Shown here in pieces: positions 1-10,215 of a stretch of 64,000 nucleotides of DNA. The notes beneath the pieces are model-generated. The model was not told the origin of the DNA, searched no databases, and was given only the letters and a program-made list of their open reading frames with translations. Position 1 is the first letter of the stretch; every line of letters begins with the position of its first letter. Made by a program: the position numbers and the translations under genes. Where the stretch lies: NCBI GenBank assembly GCA_964633115.1, contig CAZWEO010000004.1:276-64275 (forward strand), given 5' to 3'. This DNA is from an uncultured Desulfobacterales bacterium. Its GTDB lineage: Bacteria > Desulfobacterota > Desulfobacteria > Desulfobacterales > B30-G6.

Positions 1-262
1 TGTAAATTTTAGCTATGACCGTGGCAATCCCGAAATCCTGGCAAACATTTCCCGTTAAGGCCCGTTGTGCAACACCAGAGGTCTCATCCCCATCACCAGA
101 ACCCGGCCACGCCACATTGAAGCTGATAGATCCCGTATCTATAGACACTTTATCACTATCACTTTTATTTTCACTACACCCCAAAATCAGCAGCACGCTG
201 ATCATGGTGGAAAAAATCCATTTTAGCTTTAGGAATGCATTTCGAGTGGTGACATATTTCAT
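1..262 (-). CDS. Lipoprotein, N-terminal part only (gene runs off the left edge); paralog of the neighbouring 649-aa protein
   Basis: Not in the ORF track because there is no stop in the window. Reverse-strand ATG at 262-260 gives MKYVTTRNAFLKLKWIFSTMISVLLILGCSENKSDSDKVSIDTGSISFNVAW... The lipobox is LILGC. The mature N-terminus parallels TGSVSFNIEW of ORF 312..2261. Confidence 0.5.
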   Translation of the reverse strand, partial: MKYVTTRNAFLKLKWIFSTMISVLLILGCSENKSDSDKVSIDTGSISFNVAWPGSGDGDETSGVAQRALTGNVCQDFGIATVIAKIY

Positions 263-311
263 GATATTCCTCAGGTGTTATCTGCACAGTCCTCTTTCAA
301 AGCAAACGTGA

Positions 312-2213
312 TTAAGGTGTAATGCTAACAGCATAATAATCCAACCCCGCCCCTATTCCGAAATTATCGATTTCGTTCGATTCTTCAATATCATTATTGG
401 GATCGATAACCATGCCGATATAAATTGTGCCTGAATCGGGGAAGCCTTCCGGGGCTGATGCTGGTAGTGTAAAGTTACTGGTTCTCCACTCGTACCAGTC
501 GGCCGGTAGGCCGTCTGCATAGACAAGATCCATCCTGACAGTACCCAGCAGATAGTCATAATTCATAGAGGTTCGATAGGCAGTCCAACATCCTGTATCA
601 CCATCGGCATCGACCATATTCCCTTCCACATAGTCATAGGCCTCAGGATTAAAGGTTGTATCAGTAGACAAATAAAAATCTAAAAAAATCTCAGTACCAG
701 AATCAATATCCCAGGAACCAACGTTCTTTACGGCAGAAGCTATATCAAAACTCTGTCCCCATGACATTGTATCGGGAGTCACATCAAAGCTATTATTTTC
801 ACTTGCGGCAAATGCTGTCAGATTGAGGTTTGATGCAAAACCGGTAAGCGGAGCTGTGTAGATTGCACCTCCGCCAAAAATTACTGTTAAATAATCTTCA
901 TTTAAAAACCATGAGCCTCCAGCCTGCTGCCATAAATCTCTATCCGAATCATACCATTTCACAATAAATCGATTGTTGGCATACAAAAATGCGGTCGAAT
1001 CACCGTAGGATCCATCACAGTTCCAATCAAATTCCATCGTCCAAATTCCATCAGCACTCTCCTTTTCAACATCATTCCAGTAGAGGTCGTAAGTATTCGA
1101 ACCAACATCGATATTCTCAATCTTGATATAATAGATTCCCGTGGACGGCACCACAAAATCGATGTGCTCGTTGTTTGATCCGGAAACCGAGTATGCCAGC
1201 TCGTTTTCTGACGCATCGTATAGGTATAATTCGATATCACCGTAATCATGATCAAACCGGCATTCGATCATAATGCGTTCGTATCCGTCTGTATTGACTT
1301 CTATTTTATACCAATCATCATCGCCTGCGACAGCGGTGCCGCTACCTTCGATATCAGACAACCACTCGCCTTCCCAATCCGCCGGCGCACCGCCATTATC
1401 CCATGCCGTTGCCAGGCTGTCATTCTGTTCGTAAAGATCTTCTGATGCCGTAGTACCGGTCGTAAAGCTCCAGACGAAATCGTAACCCCCATCTGCATCA
1501 AAGCCTTGAGGAAAGACCCCCCAAAAATATTCTGTATCTGAACTTAAACCATGATCTGAATTAATTATAAAAGAAGTGTCTCCCTGCAGGTGTTCATTTA
1601 CCAAGATTAAAGAACTGGGATCATCCCAAGGAAGATTTCTGATTTGGAAGCGGTATTCATTAACACCCAGAGCAGCGCGCCATTCAAATGTTTGGCCGTC
1701 TGGATCTATGCCCATGGCACCACTGAAAGATGGAACTGTTTTGGTCGCATAGGATTTGATTGCTATAACCGAACCGGCATTGGTAGTCTGACCTGCGACG
1801 ACATCGATGGACGTTTCTCCGCTGTATCTGATTAAATTATCCGAATTGAGACCAGCTATTCGCAAGCTGTAGCTATCTCCTGGCATGACATCAGTAATCG
1901 TACCAGAGCCAGCACTGCACAACCAAGACGGGCCTTTTTTTATCAATGTAGTACCGGAATAAATCTCGGCTTTTACTGAAGAAACTTGATTTGATGCAGT
2001 ACCGCACACATCTGAAATAGCTTGTGGCGACAGTTGCCCCTCAACTTTATTTGTTGATAGCCACTCAATATTGAAACTAACAGATCCCGTGGAGGACGTG
2101 GCATCTATTTTGTTGACATGACTCGCATCTTCACAGCCTATATTCACATACAACATCGACAAAATCATCAGCAACCTTGAAAATCGCCTAAAGAGGCTAC
2201 AGGCAACTTTCAT
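312..2213 (-). CDS. Secreted lipoprotein with a PPC (pre-peptidase C-terminal)-like domain and a CARDB-like C-terminal domain
   Basis: ORF 312..2261. The likely start is MKVACSLFRRFSRLLMILSMLYVNIGC (signal peptide plus lipobox). DDDWYKIEV...GDIELYLYD is PPC-like. The C-terminal ...MVIDPNNDIEESNEIDNFG resembles the end of CARDB domains. Confidence 0.7.
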   Translation of the reverse strand: MKVACSLFRRFSRLLMILSMLYVNIGCEDASHVNKIDATSSTGSVSFNIEWLSTNKVEGQLSPQAISDVCGTASNQVSSVKAEIYSGTTLIKKGPSWLCSAGSGTITDVMPGDSYSLRIAGLNSDNLIRYSGETSIDVVAGQTTNAGSVIAIKSYATKTVPSFSGAMGIDPDGQTFEWRAALGVNEYRFQIRNLPWDDPSSLILVNEHLQGDTSFIINSDHGLSSDTEYFWGVFPQGFDADGGYDFVWSFTTGTTASEDLYEQNDSLATAWDNGGAPADWEGEWLSDIEGSGTAVAGDDDWYKIEVNTDGYERIMIECRFDHDYGDIELYLYDASENELAYSVSGSNNEHIDFVVPSTGIYYIKIENIDVGSNTYDLYWNDVEKESADGIWTMEFDWNCDGSYGDSTAFLYANNRFIVKWYDSDRDLWQQAGGSWFLNEDYLTVIFGGGAIYTAPLTGFASNLNLTAFAASENNSFDVTPDTMSWGQSFDIASAVKNVGSWDIDSGTEIFLDFYLSTDTTFNPEAYDYVEGNMVDADGDTGCWTAYRTSMNYDYLLGTVRMDLVYADGLPADWYEWRTSNFTLPASAPEGFPDSGTIYIGMVIDPNNDIEESNEIDNFGIGAGLDYYAVSITP

Positions 2214-2320
2214 AACTTCTTCCCCCTTGCCAGGTTTCGTGTCTCGCATAGCATCAGCCACTAAAATTTTATTATACTACGGACCCTTGATAATCTTGCC
2301 TTCAAGGTAGCTCACCCAAT

Positions 2321-2680
2321 TTACCAAGACACGGTTACATTTCCGGTGTCATCATCATCATCGTCACCACCACCACCGCCACCACTACCGCCACCTGCAG
2401 CGGCTGCGATGCCGCCTACTAAAGCCACGCCAAGAATCGCCCACAACCAACTACCACCGCCACCCTCGGACTTGGCGGCCTTAACGGTTTCCACGGGAAT
2501 TTTTTCTTCAGGCAAGGTCCGGATGACGGGTTTATTCTTGGTTATATCAGCCTTGGCATACCAGTTTTCCTGACTGAACACTGTACCCGCCATTAAAAAA
2601 TTGAAAACACACAGGCTGAGAAATGACACAAACCAACGTTTCCATTGAATCATATGAAGTCTCCCCATAAATTGACGCAT
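2321..2680 (-). CDS. Small membrane protein with a Gly-run/Asp-run tail
   Basis: 119-aa ORF with an N-terminal hydrophobic signal (WFVSFLSLCVFNFLMAGTVFS). A second helix is WLWAILGVALVGGIAAAA, followed by GGGSGGGGGGDDDDDDTGNVTVSW. Support is only ORF length and operon context. Confidence 0.45.
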   Translation of the reverse strand: MRQFMGRLHMIQWKRWFVSFLSLCVFNFLMAGTVFSQENWYAKADITKNKPVIRTLPEEKIPVETVKAAKSEGGGGSWLWAILGVALVGGIAAAAGGGSGGGGGGDDDDDDTGNVTVSW

Positions 2681-2728
2681 GCAACCTTGTCTTGAGCGGC
2701 TTCGGCGCCCTTAAAATCCGATGCCGTA

Positions 2729-3577
2729 TTATTTTGTTATGCGATATTGAATAAATTTTTCCGCCCGGTAGGACAGGGGGATATCTACGATGGTTTTAAC
2801 CAGATCGTTCACCAATGCGGACTGGCCGTCATAGATACCAAATATGCCTTCCTTAAACTTGGCGGCATTAAAAAACAAAGGTTCTTTTAAGGCCAACACA
2901 TGAAACATCTCATCGGTATGCTGCTGACCTTCATTTAGAAACGCTTCCAGCGTAATACCTTTTTTGCGATCATTGTTACCTGGAAAAATGAACTGTGTAT
3001 TTGCCTTAATAAAATTGTTTTGATTGAAACGATTGGGGAAAAGAACAATCACGGTTTCATCTTCCAAGACATTAAAAATAGTCACATAGCAGTCTTTGCT
3101 CGGTGTAACCTGAAGTTCAATCTGATCGCCTTCCCTGTAAACCGTCCGGTTTGCCTTGGCCTCCAGTCGAAAAAAGGCGTCTGTACGCCCGATTTCCTTG
3201 GCCACCTGCGCCCTGATTTTAACTTTATACGCCAAAAAGGGTACGTCGCCCTTTTTTTCGGCCGGGATCAATTCAATATCTTCGTTTAGAATCTCAATCC
3301 CGATGACCTTGCCATGGGGAATGGCCCGAATCACATCGCTGGTTACGTTATAGTTGATCACCATGGTTTCAGCTAGCAAATCAACGCCCACGACTTTTTC
3401 GACAGCCTCACGGCGGGCGTTGTTGATGGCTAGTTTGCGAGCCTCGGTTTTGGTCACATTTTCTATGGGTGCAAAGCCTTCAACGGTAACCCACGTTGTT
3501 TCTTGCGCAAACAACGTCCCTGAAGGGAAACCAGCGAGTATCACCACAAATGCCCAAACAATTATAAGTTTTATCAT
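2729..3577 (-). CDS. LPP20-like / DUF4384 domain protein (exported)
   Basis: Signal peptide MIKLIIVWAFVVILAGFPSGTLFA. The C-terminal half (YREGDQIELQVTPSKDCYVTIFNVLEDETVIVLFPN) matches the DUF4384 pattern that commonly accompanies bacterial caspase domains. Confidence 0.7.
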   Translation of the reverse strand: MIKLIIVWAFVVILAGFPSGTLFAQETTWVTVEGFAPIENVTKTEARKLAINNARREAVEKVVGVDLLAETMVINYNVTSDVIRAIPHGKVIGIEILNEDIELIPAEKKGDVPFLAYKVKIRAQVAKEIGRTDAFFRLEAKANRTVYREGDQIELQVTPSKDCYVTIFNVLEDETVIVLFPNRFNQNNFIKANTQFIFPGNNDRKKGITLEAFLNEGQQHTDEMFHVLALKEPLFFNAAKFKEGIFGIYDGQSALVNDLVKTIVDIPLSYRAEKFIQYRITK

Positions 3578-3607
3578 CCCATCCGGCTTCCAATATAGTT
3601 ATCGCGG

Positions 3608-4918
3608 CTATTGTATTACCCTGGATACGGAAATATCCTTGAGGTCTTCCAGGGCGGGAGAAATGGTTGGCGTCTGTTCCTTACCCATGCGACGTGCAAC
3701 TCGAGTTACTTGTCGATTCACGTAGTCATATATTTCTTTGATGGTCACAAAGCGGTCTTCATTATCATCAGCCTGGCCTTTTAAGGCTTTTAGTAAATAA
3801 AATGTGAATAGCCCATGCTCTTCTCTGGGTAAGGGATTGCTGACTTGATCATTGGTCGCGGCACTGATGGATATTACCTCCTGGGTGGCCAAACCCACGT
3901 CTTCTACTTTTATAAGCGCCGGGCGAGTGCCTTTGGTGAGCATCTCGGCAGCTCTATTCGCCACGCCGCTAAAACAGGAATCCAAAAAAACATAGGCTTG
4001 ATTCACATTCAGATCATAAATCGCCTTGTAAAAATCTTTCAATTTGTAGCCTGTCTCTTCAATAAACAAGGTGTCGCCATCATAGGGTACCAGGTATGGT
4101 TCCCCTTTTTGCATATCAGGCGCCCCATGCCCGGCAAAATATACATACAGCGTGGTTTCTCTGCTGACATTATTTGGGATATAGCGTTTAAGATAGCCAG
4201 CTATTCTGGCTCTGGTGGCATCACTGTCAATCAGTGTTATAATATTCTCTTCAGGTACGCCCAATATTTGGTTGAAATACTCTTTAATTACGAGAGCATC
4301 TTTGCGGGCATAGTCGACTCTGGGCAGGTGGGCATAGTCTTCAACACCGATAATTAATCCCCAATCGTCAGGAAAAATTCGCTTACTCGTGGATACTGGA
4401 ACTGCAACGGGTACAACTTTTTTTGTCGCTATGATTGAAAAGTTTTTGCTCTCCAGGACTTCATTATCAAAAAACACCTTAAGCCGCCACTCTCCCGGCA
4501 TCTCTTGGGCCTTGTCACCCTTTATAGACAGGCTGTGCCAGGGGGTGCATTTGGGGATATAGTTTCCTCGACTGGCTTTAATGCGGGTGTTACCAGTCGT
4601 ATAATACAACTTGCCATCCGGGCTATACCAATCCCAGCGAATTTTATGATCTCCGGAAAGATTTTCAAGATTCAGATGCGCGTAAACAGCTTTGTCATCA
4701 GCGTCAAACCGGTTCGTTACCATGGTGGGCATATCTAATTTGCCGCTGCTTTTAACGCCCTTGGACAGTGTGGTTCCGGCATATTGAAATTTGGGCGTCT
4801 TCTGAATGGTTTTTGAACCACCACAACAAACCATCGTGATAGCTATACATAATGATATGAAGAGCATGATTAAACGACGAAAACATGAATGGGCAGATCT
4901 ATGACAGGCTGAATTCAT
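3608..4918 (-). CDS. Caspase-family (peptidase C14) protein, exported/lipoprotein
   Basis: His-Cys dyad contexts LYVYFAGHGAPD and VFLDSCFSG. N-terminal hydrophobic signal with CCGGS. An Ig-like N-terminal domain precedes the protease domain. Confidence 0.8.
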   Translation of the reverse strand: MNSACHRSAHSCFRRLIMLFISLCIAITMVCCGGSKTIQKTPKFQYAGTTLSKGVKSSGKLDMPTMVTNRFDADDKAVYAHLNLENLSGDHKIRWDWYSPDGKLYYTTGNTRIKASRGNYIPKCTPWHSLSIKGDKAQEMPGEWRLKVFFDNEVLESKNFSIIATKKVVPVAVPVSTSKRIFPDDWGLIIGVEDYAHLPRVDYARKDALVIKEYFNQILGVPEENIITLIDSDATRARIAGYLKRYIPNNVSRETTLYVYFAGHGAPDMQKGEPYLVPYDGDTLFIEETGYKLKDFYKAIYDLNVNQAYVFLDSCFSGVANRAAEMLTKGTRPALIKVEDVGLATQEVISISAATNDQVSNPLPREEHGLFTFYLLKALKGQADDNEDRFVTIKEIYDYVNRQVTRVARRMGKEQTPTISPALEDLKDISVSRVIQ

Positions 4919-5152
4919 TTTTTCACCTATCTATGATTGTAAGATCATTTATTTTAGTGTGGATTGATGGAGCTTTAATTATAGAAAAGAAATCCTAAAA
5001 AATTTGGGAAAACCACTTCATGGGACCGACACCAATAATTAGAACGACACCTACCCTTAGTATCTTTATTCAATTTTTAAATTTTGTTTGGAATACGCCA
5101 TGCCGGCTCTCAAATCTCGATACGCGATTTGACAAACTAGACCTAAGGCAAT

Positions 5153-6709
5153 TTAGGCAGGATAACCTGTAATTTTTCGAATCCGTTCATAGAGGGGTTT
5201 CAAGGTCTTATACATTTTCTTGTAGACTTGATGATAGAGGGCGTCATACATCTCATGGGTCTTCATATGCGGTTCGTATACCTCGCCCACGCGTGTCATG
5301 GCCTTGACCGCATTTTCAAAATTAGTGTGTATTCCCAAACCCACAGCTGCATCGATGGCAGCCCCCAGACCAGAGGTCTCGTAGGTGTGCGGTTTACCCG
5401 TGGGCAGACCGAATACGTCTGCCGTCAGTTGCAATGCATTACGGCTCTGAGACCCGCCCCCGGAAACCCGCAAACTGGTGACTCGCGTTCGGCTACGTTT
5501 TTCAATGCGTTCCTTGCCCTCGCGCATGGCGTATGCCAATCCTTCGATGATCGACCGGTATAGATGTGCCCGGGTATGAATATCACCAAAACCGATAATG
5601 GCGCCTTTGGCTTCTGGGCCAGGATTCTTAAGCCCCGGTGTCCAGTAGGGTTGGAGCACCAAACCCATGGAGCACGCCGGAATATCGGCCAAAAGATTTT
5701 CAAAAAGGGTTTCGGGTGTCAAACCTAGTTCTTTGGCCTCACGCCGTTCCGGATGCCCAAATTCTTCCTTGAACCAGTTGACCATCCAGTAACCCCGGTA
5801 TACCTGAACTTCGACCGTATAATACCCGGGAACGGCCGAAGGGTAAGCCGGCAACAACGGAATTGGTTCAATATATCTCTTGTGGGTCACATTGATGGTG
5901 GCAGTCGTTCCGTAGCTGATACATCCGATTGTCGGATCCAGACTGCCGGAGCCGATGACTTCACACGCTTTGTCGGCGGCCGCCGCTATCAATGGCAGGT
6001 CTTTGGGTATACCGCTGGCCGCAGCAGCATCCGCCGTAATGGCCCCCAGAACCTGACCCGGTGAGACCAAATCCGGCAACATTTCCGGCTTTACCGGCAG
6101 ACACCGCCAGCTCCAATCCCAGGAAGGTTCCCAGCGCAGATGTTTGTAATCAAAAGGTATATAACCGACCTGGCACCCGATTGAATCAATAAATTTACCT
6201 GTAAGGCGGTGGGTCAAGAATCCGGACAACAACAAGTATTTGTAAGTATTTTTCCAAATTTCCGGCTCGTAGGTATGTATCCAATTGGCCTCCGCCTCGG
6301 ACTGAAAGTAGGCAATGGTGTCGTCCAAACGAATCAGCCGGAAAAGAAGGCCCCAAAGTCCACCAATAAAAGGCAATCCATGAGTTTTACGTTGATCCGG
6401 CCACAAAATAGCCGGTCTCAGGGGATTACCCTTTTCATCAACATTGATGACCGTGGCGCGTTGGGTAGTGAGGGTCACACCGCGCAAACGATCTTTAAGA
6501 TCGGGATTATGTTTCCATAGGGATTGGCACGCCTGGCAGAGGGTATTCCAGAAGACTTCCGGATCCTGTTCAGCCCAACCAGGCTGGGGGGAATAATAGG
6601 GGTCAAACCCGATCTGTTCTTTGGCGATTTGATCGCCGCTGCCATTGAATATAATGGCTTTCAGGCTCTGAGTACCATTATCTATGGCCAGTATCAGGTC
6701 CCGCTCCAT
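5153..6709 (-). CDS. FGGY-family carbohydrate kinase
   Basis: 518 aa. The N-terminal [17 protein letters not shown] and C-terminal VSGGGSQS motifs are typical of xylulokinase/glycerol-kinase-like FGGY kinases. Confidence 0.85.
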   Translation of the reverse strand: MERDLILAIDNGTQSLKAIIFNGSGDQIAKEQIGFDPYYSPQPGWAEQDPEVFWNTLCQACQSLWKHNPDLKDRLRGVTLTTQRATVINVDEKGNPLRPAILWPDQRKTHGLPFIGGLWGLLFRLIRLDDTIAYFQSEAEANWIHTYEPEIWKNTYKYLLLSGFLTHRLTGKFIDSIGCQVGYIPFDYKHLRWEPSWDWSWRCLPVKPEMLPDLVSPGQVLGAITADAAAASGIPKDLPLIAAAADKACEVIGSGSLDPTIGCISYGTTATINVTHKRYIEPIPLLPAYPSAVPGYYTVEVQVYRGYWMVNWFKEEFGHPERREAKELGLTPETLFENLLADIPACSMGLVLQPYWTPGLKNPGPEAKGAIIGFGDIHTRAHLYRSIIEGLAYAMREGKERIEKRSRTRVTSLRVSGGGSQSRNALQLTADVFGLPTGKPHTYETSGLGAAIDAAVGLGIHTNFENAVKAMTRVGEVYEPHMKTHEMYDALYHQVYKKMYKTLKPLYERIRKITGYPA

Positions 6710-7114
6710 AATACTTTACCCGTATTAACGCTTCTACCTTCCTTAACTATACAATCATCGTTTTTGCTTATTTGAGTGTATGGATTCGTTCACCACGTAG
6801 CGTCTAAAAACAAACACCTAAAAACTCAAATCCTAAGCTCCAATGATCTGCTTATGCCATATAGGAAATGTATAATAGAATTGGTTTTAAAAACTCAGAT
6901 TACGCCAATGAAAAAGTTGGGGATGACATAAATTCATCCGCTAAGAATTCAATCTAATCATAGTTAATATTAGAAGCCTGCATCAAATTAGGATTTTGGT
7001 TCAAGCTCAAGGCGGGCTGGTGTTTCAATCCAGAGTAAACCTTTTTGGTTTTTGAGGCATTGAAATATCAGCCCAACACAGAGATTGGGCCAAAAGGCAA
7101 TTTTAGGCCGGCTT

Positions 7115-8125
7115 CTAAAATTTGTGGCGGACTCTTGTAATATTCTCTACCTCACCCATCACAATGAGGGTTTCGCCAGATGCCAACGCCCGCTTCGGCG
7201 GCGGATTGAACTCGATTTCCTGGCTATTATTACGAATGCCCAGGACCAGCAATTCGTATTTCTGCTTGAGTCCGGCATCGATAATATTTTTATCTACCAA
7301 AGGTGATTCATCCGCGATACTGATTTCATGGATGCGCAGATTCCCGCGGCTACTACGCAGCATGCTGTCTAAAAAATCTACTGCCGTCGGCCGAATCATC
7401 TCAGACGCCATCCGCAACGCGCCAATATAGTTGGGCGAGACAATTGCATTGGCTCCGGCTCGTCTCATTTTGGCTTCGAGGGCTTTATCAATAACCCGAC
7501 TGACAATTCGGATTCGGCTATTGAGCATGCGTGCGCTCATGGTGGTAAACAGATTATCCTTATCTGACGCCAAGCTGACAATCACCCCTTTTGACTTTTC
7601 AATCCCGGCAGCTTTTAAATTGGCATCATCGGCAGCGTCCCCTTTGATATAGAGCAGATCCTCCCATTGGTTTTTACAGCGCTCAATTGTATCGGGGTCC
7701 TGTTCAATCAAGACCACGGGCTCCCGATTAATAATTAGTTCCGCCAATACGGGCCGACCGGTCTGTCCACCGCCGCAGACAATATAATGGTCTTTTAACT
7801 TTTGAATTTTTTTCTCCATTCTTTTTTTCCTCAATATACCGGAAAGTTCGCCTTCAACGATGACAGCCGTCAAGGTGCTGATGCCATATAGGATAATCCC
7901 CATGCCAAAGGTTATAAGAACCATGGTGAATATTTCGGCGGGGACATTGCCGGTTACTTCGATAATCTCACCGTAGCCGACTGTTGTTAGCGAAATAACG
8001 GTCATATACAGACACCGCATGAATCCATGTTCCGCCTGAAATATGAAATAATACCCAAAACTGCCTGCCCAAATAACACAAAAGATAGCAAACAGGATGT
8101 AGGCAAAACGTCGCTTTATTTCCAT
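7115..8125 (-). CDS. Potassium channel with RCK/TrkA-N domain
   Basis: Selectivity-filter-like TTVGYGE after two TM helices. A Rossmann-like IVCGGGQTG begins the RCK domain. Confidence 0.85.
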   Translation of the reverse strand: MEIKRRFAYILFAIFCVIWAGSFGYYFIFQAEHGFMRCLYMTVISLTTVGYGEIIEVTGNVPAEIFTMVLITFGMGIILYGISTLTAVIVEGELSGILRKKRMEKKIQKLKDHYIVCGGGQTGRPVLAELIINREPVVLIEQDPDTIERCKNQWEDLLYIKGDAADDANLKAAGIEKSKGVIVSLASDKDNLFTTMSARMLNSRIRIVSRVIDKALEAKMRRAGANAIVSPNYIGALRMASEMIRPTAVDFLDSMLRSSRGNLRIHEISIADESPLVDKNIIDAGLKQKYELLVLGIRNNSQEIEFNPPPKRALASGETLIVMGEVENITRVRHKF

Positions 8126-8243
8126 TTAAGTTAGTAACCGGAATGTTTTCGGAACGTTGATGAGATATCGGAATTAGAACTATCTTTAACGCATAGGCCC
8201 ACAAGACTCAAGCTGAAAAATGTTTTTGTGATTGCAAAAGCGT

Positions 8244-8576
8244 TTAGAACGAGACCTGCGTTACCGATTCGTTCTCTCGAAGGACATTGCTGATATATAT
8301 CTGGGAATCATCGTCGCGGATGGGTTCAACGCGGGAGATGGGAGCGCCGGTATTGTCGGTTTTGTATTTATAATCGCGAATATAACCGGGAACCTGTGCA
8401 AATGCGACCCCGCCTGCACCACAGCAGGTGCTGTTCATGACCGCACACCCCACATAATACAGCACATTGCGTCCCGCATGCAAAAGGGTACCTTCTTTCA
8501 GGAAAGCGTAGTGGCCGCCTATGGCTGTAATTTCGCAATTCAATTTATAATGGACATGGTCCTTTGACGTCGGCAT
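8244..8576 (-). CDS. Hypothetical Cys-containing protein downstream of hgcB
   Basis: 110-aa ORF, 71 nt after hgcB on the same strand, containing NSTCCGAGG. No family recognised. A competing + strand ORF (8232..8567) exists, so coding strand is uncertain. Confidence 0.35.
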   Translation of the reverse strand: MPTSKDHVHYKLNCEITAIGGHYAFLKEGTLLHAGRNVLYYVGCAVMNSTCCGAGGVAFAQVPGYIRDYKYKTDNTGAPISRVEPIRDDDSQIYISNVLRENESVTQVSF

Positions 8577-8647
8577 TATTTTCTATCCAATACTAGCACA
8601 GCTCTCAGGCCAAGGTCGCCTAAAGGTAAATTATGGATAGGCAATTG

Positions 8648-8938
8648 TTAGCAACAGCCCGGGCCACCACACGCTGCCTGCTCCTTGCCCTTAAACCATG
8701 TCTGAATAATATAGGCGGCACATCCCACGCCCGGATTAACAGAAATGGCCGCCACGGGGCAATTGGTGGCACAGGCACCGCATTCCATACAGCCATTTTT
8801 ATCCATTATTTTTGCCTTTTGCTGCATGACTTCAAAAACATGATGCGGGCAGACGTCTTCGCAGGTGCCGCATCCGTTGCAGGTTGCTTGATCAAGTTCC
8901 AAGGTGGTTACATTGTCAAGATATCTAAAATTTTCCAT
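8648..8938 (-). CDS. hgcB: HgcB, 2x[4Fe-4S] ferredoxin of the mercury methylation pair
   Basis: 96 aa with CNGCGTCEDVCP and CMECGACATNCP cluster motifs and a C-terminal ...CGGPGCC vicinal Cys pair. It lies directly downstream of hgcA. Confidence 0.85.
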   Translation of the reverse strand: MENFRYLDNVTTLELDQATCNGCGTCEDVCPHHVFEVMQQKAKIMDKNGCMECGACATNCPVAAISVNPGVGCAAYIIQTWFKGKEQAACGGPGCC

Positions 8939-8996
8939 TCTATTTCCTTGTATTTCTGATTATCGCACGAGTCAGGAATGAAACCTCAACGTGGCT

Positions 8997-10199
8997 CTAT
9001 GAGGTAAATGCAGCCGCTACCCATCCCACCAATACCAAAAGCATGGCTCCGGCCTGGATAGGTATGGCCACCCGCATCTCCTTTTCAACGCCTGAGGGAG
9101 AGGTATAGGGGGTCGACCCCGTAAAGTTCATTGCCAAATAGGATGAAATCGTAACAATCAGTAGGATCAAAGTTACCGATTCCATCAGGTTGACCGTATT
9201 GCCCAGTCCCAACAGCATGGCGATTGCCAACACAAGTCCGGTAATCGAGCCTTTTAGGGCAAATGCCCGTACCGGTATCCATGGGAGTAGGATAGGTGCC
9301 GCGACTGCACCCGCGAAAATACCCAAGAAGCAGCCAGCCCATATAATAATCCCGCGAGTCCAGGCCATGTTTATCGAGAAAAAATCAGAACCGATACCGG
9401 AAAGCAAAAATCCGGCGAGTATACTCCAGAGCAGGTACTTACGTAAAAAATTAAGCTCCACCGGCACCAGCACCAACCGCTCCAGCAAATTGAATGTTAG
9501 CATGCGCATTCTTCTGTCGGCCTTCATATCAGCCAGGAGGAAAGCACGGATATCAGTTGTCCGAATGGGTCCCCATATCACCTTAAAGCCGCACCCGCGC
9601 CTGACCTGCTTAGCGGAAACGCCGGTTGCAGACAATTGCGGCAGTATCAGTTTCTTATGGTTGACAACTTCCTCCAGGTGGCTCTGTTTGACACGCTGAA
9701 CAACTTCTTGGCTGGAAAATGTTTTTTTTCCGGCGGCACACCAAACATTAATGCCGCGGGTGTCCAAAACTAGTATCCAGGCATCCACACCGGATAGCTC
9801 TTTGCGCAGCAAGTCAAATGTAAGTTTGTAGTTGGCTGTTACCAATACAGGTGACGTTTCATTTGCATCACCGATACAATATAAACCGGGCGCAACTTTA
9901 TACTGATCACGGTTCACCCCCAGTCTCACCTTAACCAAGCCGAAACGGTCGCTAGCAGTGAGCTCACTTTTAATTTTAGGGATCGCGCCGGCCGGAGTCT
10001 GTCTAAAGGATTCTACAAAGGGACACAGATCATAACCCGGTCGCTCAAATACACTGCTGGCAGGACCTGCTGGGGGACCGCAACAAACCTTCTCTGCAGG
10101 CTCTTGGTTATGAATAGGAAAAAATTCGCTTAGTCCATCAGACCTACCGAATGCCTTATCCGATCCGCAGCAGCTTTCTTTTGGTCGCTGTGTTTCCAT
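8997..10199 (-). CDS. hgcA: HgcA, corrinoid protein of the mercury methylation pair
   Basis: Contains the diagnostic cap-helix motif GINVWCAAGKKTF. The N-terminal soluble corrinoid-binding-like domain is followed by about 5 hydrophobic C-terminal helices. The N-terminus has CC pairs (ESCCGSD, KVCCGPP). Confidence 0.9.
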   Translation of the reverse strand: METQRPKESCCGSDKAFGRSDGLSEFFPIHNQEPAEKVCCGPPAGPASSVFERPGYDLCPFVESFRQTPAGAIPKIKSELTASDRFGLVKVRLGVNRDQYKVAPGLYCIGDANETSPVLVTANYKLTFDLLRKELSGVDAWILVLDTRGINVWCAAGKKTFSSQEVVQRVKQSHLEEVVNHKKLILPQLSATGVSAKQVRRGCGFKVIWGPIRTTDIRAFLLADMKADRRMRMLTFNLLERLVLVPVELNFLRKYLLWSILAGFLLSGIGSDFFSINMAWTRGIIIWAGCFLGIFAGAVAAPILLPWIPVRAFALKGSITGLVLAIAMLLGLGNTVNLMESVTLILLIVTISSYLAMNFTGSTPYTSPSGVEKEMRVAIPIQAGAMLLVLVGWVAAAFTS

Positions 10200-10215
10200 G
10201 GTTTCCTTCGGGGAT

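Noticed and set aside
15-311. 98-aa + strand ORF at the left edge
   Set aside because: The opposite strand encodes a convincing lipoprotein N-terminus (lipobox plus paralogy to the neighbouring gene). The + strand product has no features.
2346-2573. Pro/Ser/Ala-run ORF (SSSSSSPPPPPPLPPPAAAA)
   Set aside because: It is the reverse complement of the Gly/Asp-run tail of the minus-strand ORF. Operon context favours the minus strand.
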